From a bacterium (lineage in GTDB: Bacteria > Patescibacteriota > Minisyncoccia > Phycocordibacterales > PALSA-1337): a DNA stretch of 64,000 bases. The notes beneath the pieces were generated by a model. That model was given only the letters and a program-made list of their open reading frames with translations, was not told where the DNA came from and did not search any database. The position numbers and the translations under genes were made by a program. Each line of letters begins with the position of its first letter. The first letter of the stretch is position 1. The DNA lies in NCBI GenBank assembly GCA_025355565.1, contig JANXZK010000010.1:6543-70542 (forward strand), read 5' to 3'. Positions 1 to 7,861 of this stretch are shown one piece after another.

Positions 1-721
1 GCCTGTTGCCCAAGGTGGTGAGCAAGGACGAGTTCCGACTGATGATAATGTATTAGGTATTTACCCAGACAGTATTGCTTCTGAGCGTGACTATGGAGCA
101 TATATGAGAGGTAAGGGAATAACTGAAATGACTCTGGTATATACGAAAATTGACGCTATGATTCGTTTCGTAGATGCTTTCAAGCAAGGATTCCAGGGCA
201 AAACTACGGATGTTGTGATTGATTCAGCCGAGACTGATTTTAGGACGCATGCACTCAAAGCTACATCCGGTAATCCGAAAGCTATAGGTATATTTATGTT
301 CCCACAGCAAGGAGCTCAATTTATGAAAGAGTTTTTGAAACTCGCTAAGAATAAGCCAACCATATTCTTTGATACTAATTTCGTGTCCGGCTACACTGAT
401 TATCAAAGAATCATGGGAAATCTGACTGTTCTCGACGGAAGCATTGTTGGAGGCATGAAGCTCGAAGATACTCAAACATTCAAGGATGCCTACAAGGCAC
501 GTTATGGAACCGATGCGCCCTTCTTATCAGATATCGGTTATGACTCATTCAATCTCTTGGTAAAAACATATTCGCCCGATAAGGCAACATGGGTTGCTAA
601 TATGAAGAACGCTGATTTTCCGGGTGTGAGTGGTGAAATTAAATTCGGCCCCACTGGCAATCGAACACCAGAGACGAAAATGATGGTGATTCAGGGAGGG
701 AAGATGGTTGATCTGAAATAG
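1..721 (+). CDS. Type-I periplasmic substrate-binding protein of a Liv-like (branched-chain amino acid/amide) ABC transporter; 5' end lies outside the window
   Basis: ORF open to the window edge. The C-terminal region (…FLSDIGYDSFNLLVKTYSPDKATWVANMKNADFPGVSGEIKFGPTGNR) is typical of LivK/LivJ-family substrate-binding proteins. It sits next to livG/livF-like ATPases. Confidence 0.7.
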   Translation, partial: PVAQGGEQGRVPTDDNVLGIYPDSIASERDYGAYMRGKGITEMTLVYTKIDAMIRFVDAFKQGFQGKTTDVVIDSAETDFRTHALKATSGNPKAIGIFMFPQQGAQFMKEFLKLAKNKPTIFFDTNFVSGYTDYQRIMGNLTVLDGSIVGGMKLEDTQTFKDAYKARYGTDAPFLSDIGYDSFNLLVKTYSPDKATWVANMKNADFPGVSGEIKFGPTGNRTPETKMMVIQGGKMVDLK

Positions 722-744
722 GTAAATTAAGGCATAATTTATAT

Positions 745-867
745 ATGTCCCTACTTTCGACAAAGAATTTGATTAAGCATTTCGACGGCGTCTATGCAGT
801 AAATAAGCTTTCACTTTCATTTCATCGCACGCTCATCATTCGGACGAGTATTGAAAGCTATTCGTGA
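745..867 (+). pseudogene. Truncated duplicate of the livG 5' end (41 codons, then stop)
   Basis: Encodes MSLLSTKNLIKHFDGVYAVNKLSLSF…, matching the LivG N-terminus (MAILETKHLIKHFDGVYAVNKLSLSFEPG). Nucleotides 761-822 are about 92% identical to 2645-2706, after which the sequence diverges to a TGA. Confidence 0.6.
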
Positions 868-1246
868 AGACGATCAAGCGATATCAGTTTTAGGTTTTAA
901 AGGTATTATCTTAGGTTATAGTCCATCTCTTACTTCTAAAGGTGTAGTTGATCAGATTAAGGATAAAAGCAATATTTATTATTCTACGCCTGTGGATCAA
1001 GAAACAACCAATTTTTGGAATGATTATAATAATAAAATTGGAGAAAAAGCAGATCAGTTTATTGCACTTGGTTATGATAGTATGAAAATTATTGCTTCTG
1101 GATTAAAGCAATGTGTCGAAAATAATAAATGTATTGCTGATTATATTGTGGGGCTTAAGGATTATCAATCTGCAAGAGGACTACTTAACTTTGATTCAGA
1201 AAGAAATCTTACTAATATAAAATTTAATACATTCCAGATTAAATAG
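851..1246 (+). pseudogene. C-terminal fragment of a paralogous type-I substrate-binding protein inside an AT-rich insert
   Basis: Translation …FIALGYDSMKIIASGLKQCVENNKCIADYIVGLKDYQSARGLLNFDSERNLT aligns to the C-terminal lobe of the substrate-binding protein at 1-721. The N-terminal two thirds are missing and local GC is about 30%. Confidence 0.5.
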
Positions 1247-1279
1247 AATTAATTAGAATTGTAATAACATATTTTCAAC

Positions 1280-1312
1280 AAAAACTGCTTTATGATAAGC
1301 AGTTTTTGTTTT
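1280..1312 (+). terminator. Rho-independent terminator after the substrate-binding-protein fragment
   Basis: aaaaACTGCTTATcatgATAAGCAGTttttgtttt: a perfect 10-bp stem followed by a T-run. Confidence 0.6.
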
Positions 1313-1334
1313 AAATTTATGATATTATATTCAT

Positions 1335-1856
1335 GTGTTCAAAAAGAAAAATAATTACGCTTTTATAGATAGTCAGAACTTGAACTTGAGTATCAAGGCT
1401 CTTGGGTGGAAGCTTGATTTTGCCAGATTTAGGAAGTATCTTACAGATAAATATGATGTTACAAAGGCATATCTATTTATAGGATATATAGATGGTAATA
1501 ATGATTTGTATATTGCTTTACAGGAAGCTGGTTATATTTGTATTTTTAAACCAACATTAGAATATAAAGATGGTACAACGAAAGGTAATTGTGATGCAGA
1601 ATTAGTTTTATGGTCAATGATAGAATATCCAAATTATGACAAAGCGATTATTGTTACCGGAGATGGAGATTTTCATTGTTTAGTTAAACACTTGATTGAA
1701 AAGCAAAAATTTTTAGCTTTACTTATTCCTAATAGGTATAGATTTTCAGCATTATTAAAAGTTGAATTATTCAAGAACCATTTACGGTTTATGAATGATT
1801 TAAGGATGAAATTAGAGTATAAAAAGAAAAGCCCTCATAAGGACAAAACCTTATAA
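1335..1856 (+). CDS. NYN-domain (LabA/DUF88-like, PIN-related) protein
   Basis: Has …AFIDSQNL…, …CDAELVLW… and …IIVTGDGDFHCLV…, the acidic-residue pattern of the NYN/LabA nuclease fold. AT-rich codon usage matches the surrounding insert. Confidence 0.6.
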   Translation: MFKKKNNYAFIDSQNLNLSIKALGWKLDFARFRKYLTDKYDVTKAYLFIGYIDGNNDLYIALQEAGYICIFKPTLEYKDGTTKGNCDAELVLWSMIEYPNYDKAIIVTGDGDFHCLVKHLIEKQKFLALLIPNRYRFSALLKVELFKNHLRFMNDLRMKLEYKKKSPHKDKTL

Positions 1857-1959
1857 GGGAACCTTTTCCGTTGGTGATTAAATATATGATAACAAATAAT
1901 GTAATATAAAGTCAATAGGCGAGGTTTTTCATCTGAAATATGGTATAATATCCACATGG

Positions 1960-2472
1960 AACACTGGTCTGTAGACACAACGGAATTGAAGAAAGATCCC
2001 AAAGCTTATACTATTTGGAAACTTGAACAAATGATCATTTTGGCTTGGGTGAAGGTAGATTGAAGATAACTGAATTGAAAGAGTATTGGAATGTTATAGA
2101 CATAGATCCGTACAAAAGGAAGTTTTTGGAGCTAGCTTTGTCATAATTGGTCATGTCTAACATTTTATCCGCAAATCAGATAAAAACCCTCAAACTTCTC
2201 GGCAAAGAGAAGATTATTACCGATAATTTTTATTTAACTGGAAGGTGCTGAAGGTCTATATTCAACATCTATACTAGACAAAAATTTTGTTGATAAATAC
2301 ACTGCTCACTTTGGTACCGCACCGGGATTTTTGTCTGGTTATGGTTATGACTGTTTCAATGTGATGGTTAGCACTTACAACCTAGACATGAATAAATGGT
2401 TGAGCAATATCCAAAATTACACGGGTCAAGGTGTCACTGGTAAAATCAGTTTTGATCCCGTGGGTTTCCTTG
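1960..2472 (+). pseudogene. Frameshifted remnants of another type-I substrate-binding protein gene
   Basis: 2230-2472 translates in one frame to …FGTAPGFLSGYGYDCFNVMVSTYNLDMNKWLSNIQNYTGQGVTGKISFDPVGFLGDK*. This is homologous to the C-terminus of the substrate-binding protein at 1-721. Upstream pieces (1960-2130) are broken by stops. Confidence 0.45.
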
Positions 2473-2598
2473 GAGATAAATAACCTCGGTAAACGATGGG
2501 ACAAGGCGCTCAAGTGCCTGATGGAGGAATAACTCCCGATTTCTTGAGATCACAACGCGCAGTTAGCTTCGGCTGGCTGCGCGGTTTTTGTTTACTAA

Positions 2599-3378
2599 AT
2601 GATCAAAATGTGGAAAAATGTATACGTTATGGCCATTCTTGAGACAAAACATTTGATTAAACACTTCGACGGCGTCTATGCCGTAAATAAGCTTTCACTT
2701 TCATTCGAGCCCGGAAGAATCACCGGCATTATTGGCCCGAATGGTTCAGGTAAATCTACGCTTGTAAATATATTGACTGGACTTATTTCTCCCAATGATG
2801 GTGAGATTATTATCAGTGGTGAGAAGTTAACGAAAATTATGCCTCATTATGTGCCGTTTTTGGGAATGACACGGACTTTTCAGGATGTAAGACTTTTTGA
2901 GCAGATGCCGGTATTGGATAACATTCTAGTTGTGTTGACGGAGAGAAGTATTTGGCCAGCGTTATTTGAAAGACATACGAGATTTCATCTTGATAAGGCG
3001 GAAGCTGTTTTGAAACAAGTCGGATTATGGGAGAAGCGCGATGAGTTGGCAAGAAATCTATCTTACGGACAGCGTAAGCTATTGGAGATTGCCAGGGTGT
3101 TAGCTATGAGTCACAGTGGCACAGGAGATCTGGAAATTGTGCTATTTGATGAACCTTTTGCTGGATTGTTTCCAGAGATGATCAAGACTGTCTCTGATGT
3201 GATGCGGGAACTACGGGCGCAGGGTAAGGCGGTAATCCTGATAGAGCATAATATGGAGCTAATTCGCGAGTTATCTGATTATTTATATGTGCTTGATTCT
3301 GGAGAGCTTTTGGCAGAAGGCAAGCCGGAAGAAGTGTTGGCGAGAAAGGATGTAATTGAGGCGTATCTTGGAGAATAA
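2599..3378 (+). CDS. livG: ABC transporter ATP-binding protein, LivG-like
   Basis: Walker A GPNGSGKSTL, ABC signature LSYGQRKLLEIARVLA and Walker B LFDEPFAGL. The true start is probably M at 2629 (MAILETKHL…). Confidence 0.85.
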   Translation: MIKMWKNVYVMAILETKHLIKHFDGVYAVNKLSLSFEPGRITGIIGPNGSGKSTLVNILTGLISPNDGEIIISGEKLTKIMPHYVPFLGMTRTFQDVRLFEQMPVLDNILVVLTERSIWPALFERHTRFHLDKAEAVLKQVGLWEKRDELARNLSYGQRKLLEIARVLAMSHSGTGDLEIVLFDEPFAGLFPEMIKTVSDVMRELRAQGKAVILIEHNMELIRELSDYLYVLDSGELLAEGKPEEVLARKDVIEAYLGE

Positions 3379-4096
3379 TATGAAAGAAATTTTATTAAAA
3401 CTCGATAACATCCACGTCCATTATGGAGGTGTCAAAGCACTCGATGGCGCGTCAATTGCCGTAGATGAAGGCGAGATTGTTGCTCTCATGGGTCCGAATG
3501 GGGCAGGTAAGTCTACGATTCTGAAAACTATATTTGGCTTGACGACTTTTGAATCTGGCAAGATCTACTGGGAAGGGCAGTCATTTACTCCTGTATCATA
3601 TGAAGTAGTAAAGCGCGGTATTTCATTCGTGCCGCAAGGACGCAGAGTGTTTAGACACCTCACTGTACTGGAAAATTTAGAGATCGGTGGATTCGGATTG
3701 TCACGAAGTGAGCGAGAGGAAAGGATAAGTAATGTGCTTGAGTTGTTTCCTGCCCTAAAGAGCAAATTAAAGGCAAAATCAGGTACTTTATCTGGTGGTC
3801 AACAACAAATGTTAGCTATCGCCAGAGGACTAATACCTGATCCTAAAGTCTTACTATTGGATGAACCGTCACTAGGTTTGGCTCCTAAAATTGTTAAGGA
3901 AGTTTTTGCGAAAATAAAGGAGATTAACGAGAGACGAAAAACGGCAGTTATCGTGGTTGAGCATAATATAAAGTCTCTTGTAGAAATATCCAATCGCGTT
4001 TATGTTATGGATAAAGGCAAGATTGTCGCTGAAGGGGATCCGAAGAAGCTTATTTCAACGGAAATTATGGAGAAGGTATTTTTGGGTAAAATGTAG
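3356..4096 (+). CDS. livF: ABC transporter ATP-binding protein, LivF-like
   Basis: GPNGAGKST, LSGGQQQMLAIARGL and LLLDEPSLGLAP. Likely start at 3380 (GGAGAAtaatATG), overlapping the livG stop. Confidence 0.85.
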   Translation: MRRILENNMKEILLKLDNIHVHYGGVKALDGASIAVDEGEIVALMGPNGAGKSTILKTIFGLTTFESGKIYWEGQSFTPVSYEVVKRGISFVPQGRRVFRHLTVLENLEIGGFGLSRSEREERISNVLELFPALKSKLKAKSGTLSGGQQQMLAIARGLIPDPKVLLLDEPSLGLAPKIVKEVFAKIKEINERRKTAVIVVEHNIKSLVEISNRVYVMDKGKIVAEGDPKKLISTEIMEKVFLGKM

Positions 4097-4426
4097 AGAT
4101 GGTGCTATTCTTATCCTTGTTACGGGTGTAGGTTTCTTGTCTGTGACCCGTAATGATTAATCTCACTGTTACTGCTATACATAAGAGCAAGAGCAGTCTT
4201 CAATGCACGATATGTTTCGTATGTGTCGTGCTTCCAGATATGGCACCGGAGAAACCTATTGTACGCCGGTGGTACCCAATAAAACGGCATCCTAAATGGG
4301 TGCCGTTTGCCGTTCCACGTTATGCACACCGTAAGCTTGACTTTTGGATTGAATCTGATAACCTATAGATGACCTTAACAGTCAATTTTCCAGAGCTTGG
4401 GGGCCTCGCAAGAGGTCCCCTTTGCA

Positions 4427-5101
4427 TTATGTAGTTGGCTGGCTCTTATTTATGCCCGGTACTGGTCTCATCTCTTTCTTGTAGCAGATAAACTCCTTGA
4501 TCTTTTTGACATCATAAATCTTGAGACCTTTTGCACATAGATCACTAAGTTCACTAGCTACTTTGCCGGAAGTTGCGAACAACATGACATGCTTCCTATC
4601 TGTTAGTAACTGATTAGCGGGATCTTCAAAATCACTATCTCCGCTCCACAGTATAAAAGTCTCAACATTATTATTTTCAAAATCGCGAAGCAGATCGCGT
4701 CCTATTTCTACATCAAAATTTGATTTCAAATCCTCAATTTCATAAATACCTTGTTGATTCAGTAATCGAAGCTCGTTGTTCAAAGTCTCTATGGTTTCGA
4801 CTTTGAGCTTTGCTAGAAATGGCTTTCGAATAAAGTTCTTCAACAATTCAGGCGAATTTGCCGGAATACTGGAAGCGTCAATAGATAGTTTCAATATTTT
4901 GACAGGTTTGGTTCGCACAATGTAACCGAAATGCTTGGCATCCTCAATTAACATTTTTGAATAGGGATTCGTCTTCAGAGTTCCATGATAAAACTTCACC
5001 TCGCAAGATAGTCCCGTGAGCAAGCACGCCACTGCTGACAAGCAAGGGCAGTTTTGTTTATATTTATTCTGGAAAAATAATTCAATTGTCGCATACCACA
5101 A
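4427..5101 (-). CDS. NYN-domain protein with an N-terminal Cys cluster
   Basis: C-terminal …FILWSGDSDFEDPANQLL… is the NYN/LabA signature. The N-terminus carries CPCLSAVACLLTGLSC (a possible Zn ribbon). Confidence 0.55.
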   Translation of the reverse strand: MWYATIELFFQNKYKQNCPCLSAVACLLTGLSCEVKFYHGTLKTNPYSKMLIEDAKHFGYIVRTKPVKILKLSIDASSIPANSPELLKNFIRKPFLAKLKVETIETLNNELRLLNQQGIYEIEDLKSNFDVEIGRDLLRDFENNNVETFILWSGDSDFEDPANQLLTDRKHVMLFATSGKVASELSDLCAKGLKIYDVKKIKEFICYKKEMRPVPGINKSQPTT

Positions 5102-5250
5102 ACTTGTACGACATCAAGGTATGGCTTAATGAGGGAAGTGGAGCTGAGCAGCTACTTATCGGATCAATACAGTGTCGCACAATAAGCAGTTCGACTGGTG
5201 TTTTCGTCATAGAAACTATGTGCGAAAGGATCATTCGCGACATTTTGTGC

Positions 5251-5279
5251 TTGACAGAACTATCAGGAGGTGATATACT
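5251..5279 (+). promoter_or_regulatory. Sigma70-like promoter (TTGACA-17-TATACT) for the 85-aa ORF
   Basis: TTGACA at 5251-5256, a 17-nt spacer, and TATACT at 5274-5279. Followed by a 5'-UTR hairpin (TTGCCTgacgatTAGGCAA) and AAAGG before the ATG at 5361. Confidence 0.45.
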
Positions 5280-5360
5280 ACTTATTATGTTGATGAAATG
5301 TAGTAATCAACCGGTTTGCCTGACGATTAGGCAAGTTAGTTTATTACAGAAAGGTAAAAT

Positions 5361-5618
5361 ATGCCAATCAGTAAAGAAAGACTCGGGGAGCTCGCGTTGA
5401 TGGGACTTTATGCAAAACTGGAACGTGACGGAATCAAACTAGCGCCGAAAGAAATTAAGCGTCAAATCCACAACGAGGCCAAGAGCATGGGGATACCAGC
5501 AGCTGAGCTTGCTGAGCTCGTGAAGCTGATCTACAAGAAGGCCTATGAAGAGACAATGGCCCAACTTGAAGAAATCAGTCCGTCGGCAAAGGTTGCGGTG
5601 AATGAAGACAACACCTAA
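5361..5618 (+). CDS. Hypothetical small protein (85 aa, Lys/Glu-rich, helical)
   Basis: Consensus promoter upstream, a short SD-like AAAGG, and a terminator-like hairpin downstream at 5734-5767. Confidence 0.5.
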   Translation: MPISKERLGELALMGLYAKLERDGIKLAPKEIKRQIHNEAKSMGIPAAELAELVKLIYKKAYEETMAQLEEISPSAKVAVNEDNT

Positions 5619-5733
5619 ACAGTGTTTATTCTACACCACCTAAAGGGATAATTCCGATTTGTCAGTAGCTGATCTGCTTCGGCCGATCTGCATAACGCAA
5701 ATCTAAGAGAATAAGAACCCTACCTCTCCGTTG

Positions 5734-5767
5734 ATCCCTCAGGCCACAAGCTTGGGGGATCTTTTTG
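5734..5767 (+). terminator. Possible rho-independent terminator
   Basis: GATCCCtcaggccacaagcttGGGGATCttttt. Confidence 0.4.
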
Positions 5768-5846
5768 TTGCTTCATTATACAACATCTTTCCCTAACTTG
5801 TGATATTATATTAGCGCAATTGGAGGGTATTTCATTTATTAACTAG

Positions 5847-7442
5847 TTGATCATTATTAATAAAATTATTAACATGAAAAAATACGTCGTCTCAATAGTC
5901 ACGCTATCGATCATATTTTCGTTTGCGGTAATGCCTTCTGCATTTGTATCACAATCACGGGTGCATGCTCAGACGATGTCGGCGAATTCCTGCTACACAT
6001 TCGCTAGAAGTTTTGGAGTAGGGACACGCCTATCTTCAGCAGAAGCAAGCGCTTTGCAGAGAGTTATAATTAATGAGGGACTTTGGAGTTCGACGAGCGT
6101 AGTTTCTTCATATGATGAGACTCTGGCATCAGCGGTAGTCGGACTTCAGGAGAAATACACCACAGATATTCTCACGCCAAATGGATTGAGTCATGGCACT
6201 GGGTATTTTGGAAATTCCACACGTGCTAAAGTGAATTCATTGTATGGATGTGGTGCTTCGACACAACCGAGCACCAGCCCGATCTCTTCAGGTTCTAATC
6301 AAGGTCTAGCCTTAGCATGTCCGGTTGGCTACACTTGTAGAGCTACGAATCCAGTAGTCAGCTGTCCGGCGAACTACACTTGTAGAACTTCTCCAGGCAC
6401 ACCGCAGAACGGAATTTGTCCAGCAGGTTATATTTGCAATCCTGTTACCACTCCTACAACTCAACCGCCAGCTTATACATGCCCAGCCGGATTTATTTGT
6501 CGGCCTGCCAGTTCACAAAATCCAACGGCTCCAGCTCTAAGCTATATATCTCCAACCTCGGCACCTCTCGGAGGATGGATCACTATATACGGTTCTGGTT
6601 TCTCGAGTCCTTCTACCGCGGTCATATTCTATGGGAACGGCACGTCACAACAAGTTTCTCCAAACTCGATATCCTCGGACGGAACAACTATCAACGTGGT
6701 CGTTCCCTCAGATTTGAGTGCTGGAACATATCGTATAACAGTTGCGAATCTAGGAAATGGATTAACATCAGAGAGTGGAAATGGAGCAACTCTTAATATA
6801 TGTCCCATTGGGTATACTTGTTCAACGGGGCAAGTTACTTCAACTTCTCCTGCGATGCCCCAATGTCCTGCAGGATATTCATGTTGGTCGACACAAGGTA
6901 CTCCTCAAAGTGGTAACTGCCCAGCAGGATTTACGTGTTCCAACACCAATACTACAGCTACGACTCCGACTGCAGTCTGTCCTTCTGGGTTTACTTGTAA
7001 CACTACTAATCCTGTAACAACAATTGCACCAGGTATTTCAACTCCAACACAGCCTACTCCTGTTGCCCCCAAACTAACAGTTATCTCACCTAATGGAGGA
7101 GAGGTGTATTACGTAGGTCAACCGATAACGGTTTCATTTAGCACGAATATTTCTGGCCCAGCCGATGTTATTCTTATGGGATATAACGGTGATTCATTTA
7201 CAGGTAAGACCTATGATTTCGGTTCTGGAACTGCCCCAGACAACTTCAGCATAGTACCAGCCGGAAGTAATCAATATACATTCACAATGAATGGTTATAT
7301 GCTTGCGCAAGTCGGTGTCTTGAGCGGCGGAGGAACGTTCAAGATAAAGGTGAGCCAGCAGGGGGATAATAATCGCTACAATGAAGGTATGAGCGCTTCA
7401 AAAGGAAATGATGTCGCACAATATATCTTTCCGACAATATAG
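5847..7442 (+). CDS. Secreted protein: signal peptide, PG_binding_1-like domain, Cys-rich CPxG[YF]xC repeats and a C-terminal TIG/IPT-like domain
   Basis: Signal peptide MKKYVVSIVTLSIIFSFAVMPSAFVSQSRVHAQ (ATG at 5874; the track start at 5847 is TTG). The segment LSSAEASALQRVIINEGLWSS…LQEKY…GYFGNSTRAKV resembles a peptidoglycan-binding domain. There are at least 8 motifs of the form CPVGYTCRA/CPANYTCRT/CPAGYICNP/CPAGFICRP/CPIGYTCST/CPAGYSCWS/CPAGFTCSN/CPSGFTCNT. ISPTSAPLGGWITIYGSGF…GTYRITVAN is TIG-like. Confidence 0.7.
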   Translation: MIIINKIINMKKYVVSIVTLSIIFSFAVMPSAFVSQSRVHAQTMSANSCYTFARSFGVGTRLSSAEASALQRVIINEGLWSSTSVVSSYDETLASAVVGLQEKYTTDILTPNGLSHGTGYFGNSTRAKVNSLYGCGASTQPSTSPISSGSNQGLALACPVGYTCRATNPVVSCPANYTCRTSPGTPQNGICPAGYICNPVTTPTTQPPAYTCPAGFICRPASSQNPTAPALSYISPTSAPLGGWITIYGSGFSSPSTAVIFYGNGTSQQVSPNSISSDGTTINVVVPSDLSAGTYRITVANLGNGLTSESGNGATLNICPIGYTCSTGQVTSTSPAMPQCPAGYSCWSTQGTPQSGNCPAGFTCSNTNTTATTPTAVCPSGFTCNTTNPVTTIAPGISTPTQPTPVAPKLTVISPNGGEVYYVGQPITVSFSTNISGPADVILMGYNGDSFTGKTYDFGSGTAPDNFSIVPAGSNQYTFTMNGYMLAQVGVLSGGGTFKIKVSQQGDNNRYNEGMSASKGNDVAQYIFPTI

Positions 7443-7510
7443 CTATTGTGAAAGAAAGAAGGTGGTATTCCCTGCCGCCGTTAAAATTTCAGAATTAGTG
7501 AATCAATTCT

Positions 7511-7810
7511 CTACGCCTGTTTCGAGATCAGTGGAGAGATCAGATGGTTCCAAATGAATGCCAGGATGACACTCAGGTATTTGTCCCAGATCGTCATCGC
7601 TAGACCACTCACAAACTTCCAATTGTCTCGGAATGTTGGTGAAGCGACTATTCCACGCAGATTGAGTCCAAAGTACGCCAAGACGATCAATATGACGGCA
7701 ATAAAGATCACCGTACGGATCAAACCACCTCTATTTGTATTGTTGTAGGCTATCATGCTAATCATTTTATCCTTTTTATCAAAAAAGCGCCTCATAGTTA
7801 TGCACAGCAC
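7511..7810 (-). CDS. Small hypothetical membrane protein (GTG start at 7810, or ATG at 7796)
   Basis: Hydrophobic segment VIFIAVILIVLAYFGL. No clear SD. Confidence 0.3.
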   Translation of the reverse strand: MLCITMRRFFDKKDKMISMIAYNNTNRGGLIRTVIFIAVILIVLAYFGLNLRGIVASPTFRDNWKFVSGLAMTIWDKYLSVILAFIWNHLISPLISKQA

Positions 7811-7861
7811 AGTTTTCTATTCATCTTTCTATTCATCGTCCATTTCTGTTTTTTGATCCAT

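Noticed and set aside
4097-4426. Small ORFs 4153-4368 (+) and 4120-4329 (-), and a hairpin GGGGCCTCgcaaGAGGTCCCC at 4405-4425
   Set aside because: Mutually overlapping intergenic ORFs without RBS. The imperfect hairpin may be a bidirectional terminator for the convergent livF and NYN genes, but it has no clear U-run, so it is not listed as a feature.
5086-5400. 104-aa plus-strand ORF
   Set aside because: It overlaps the NYN gene start and spans the consensus promoter and 5'-UTR hairpin of the 85-aa ORF. This region is regulatory rather than coding.
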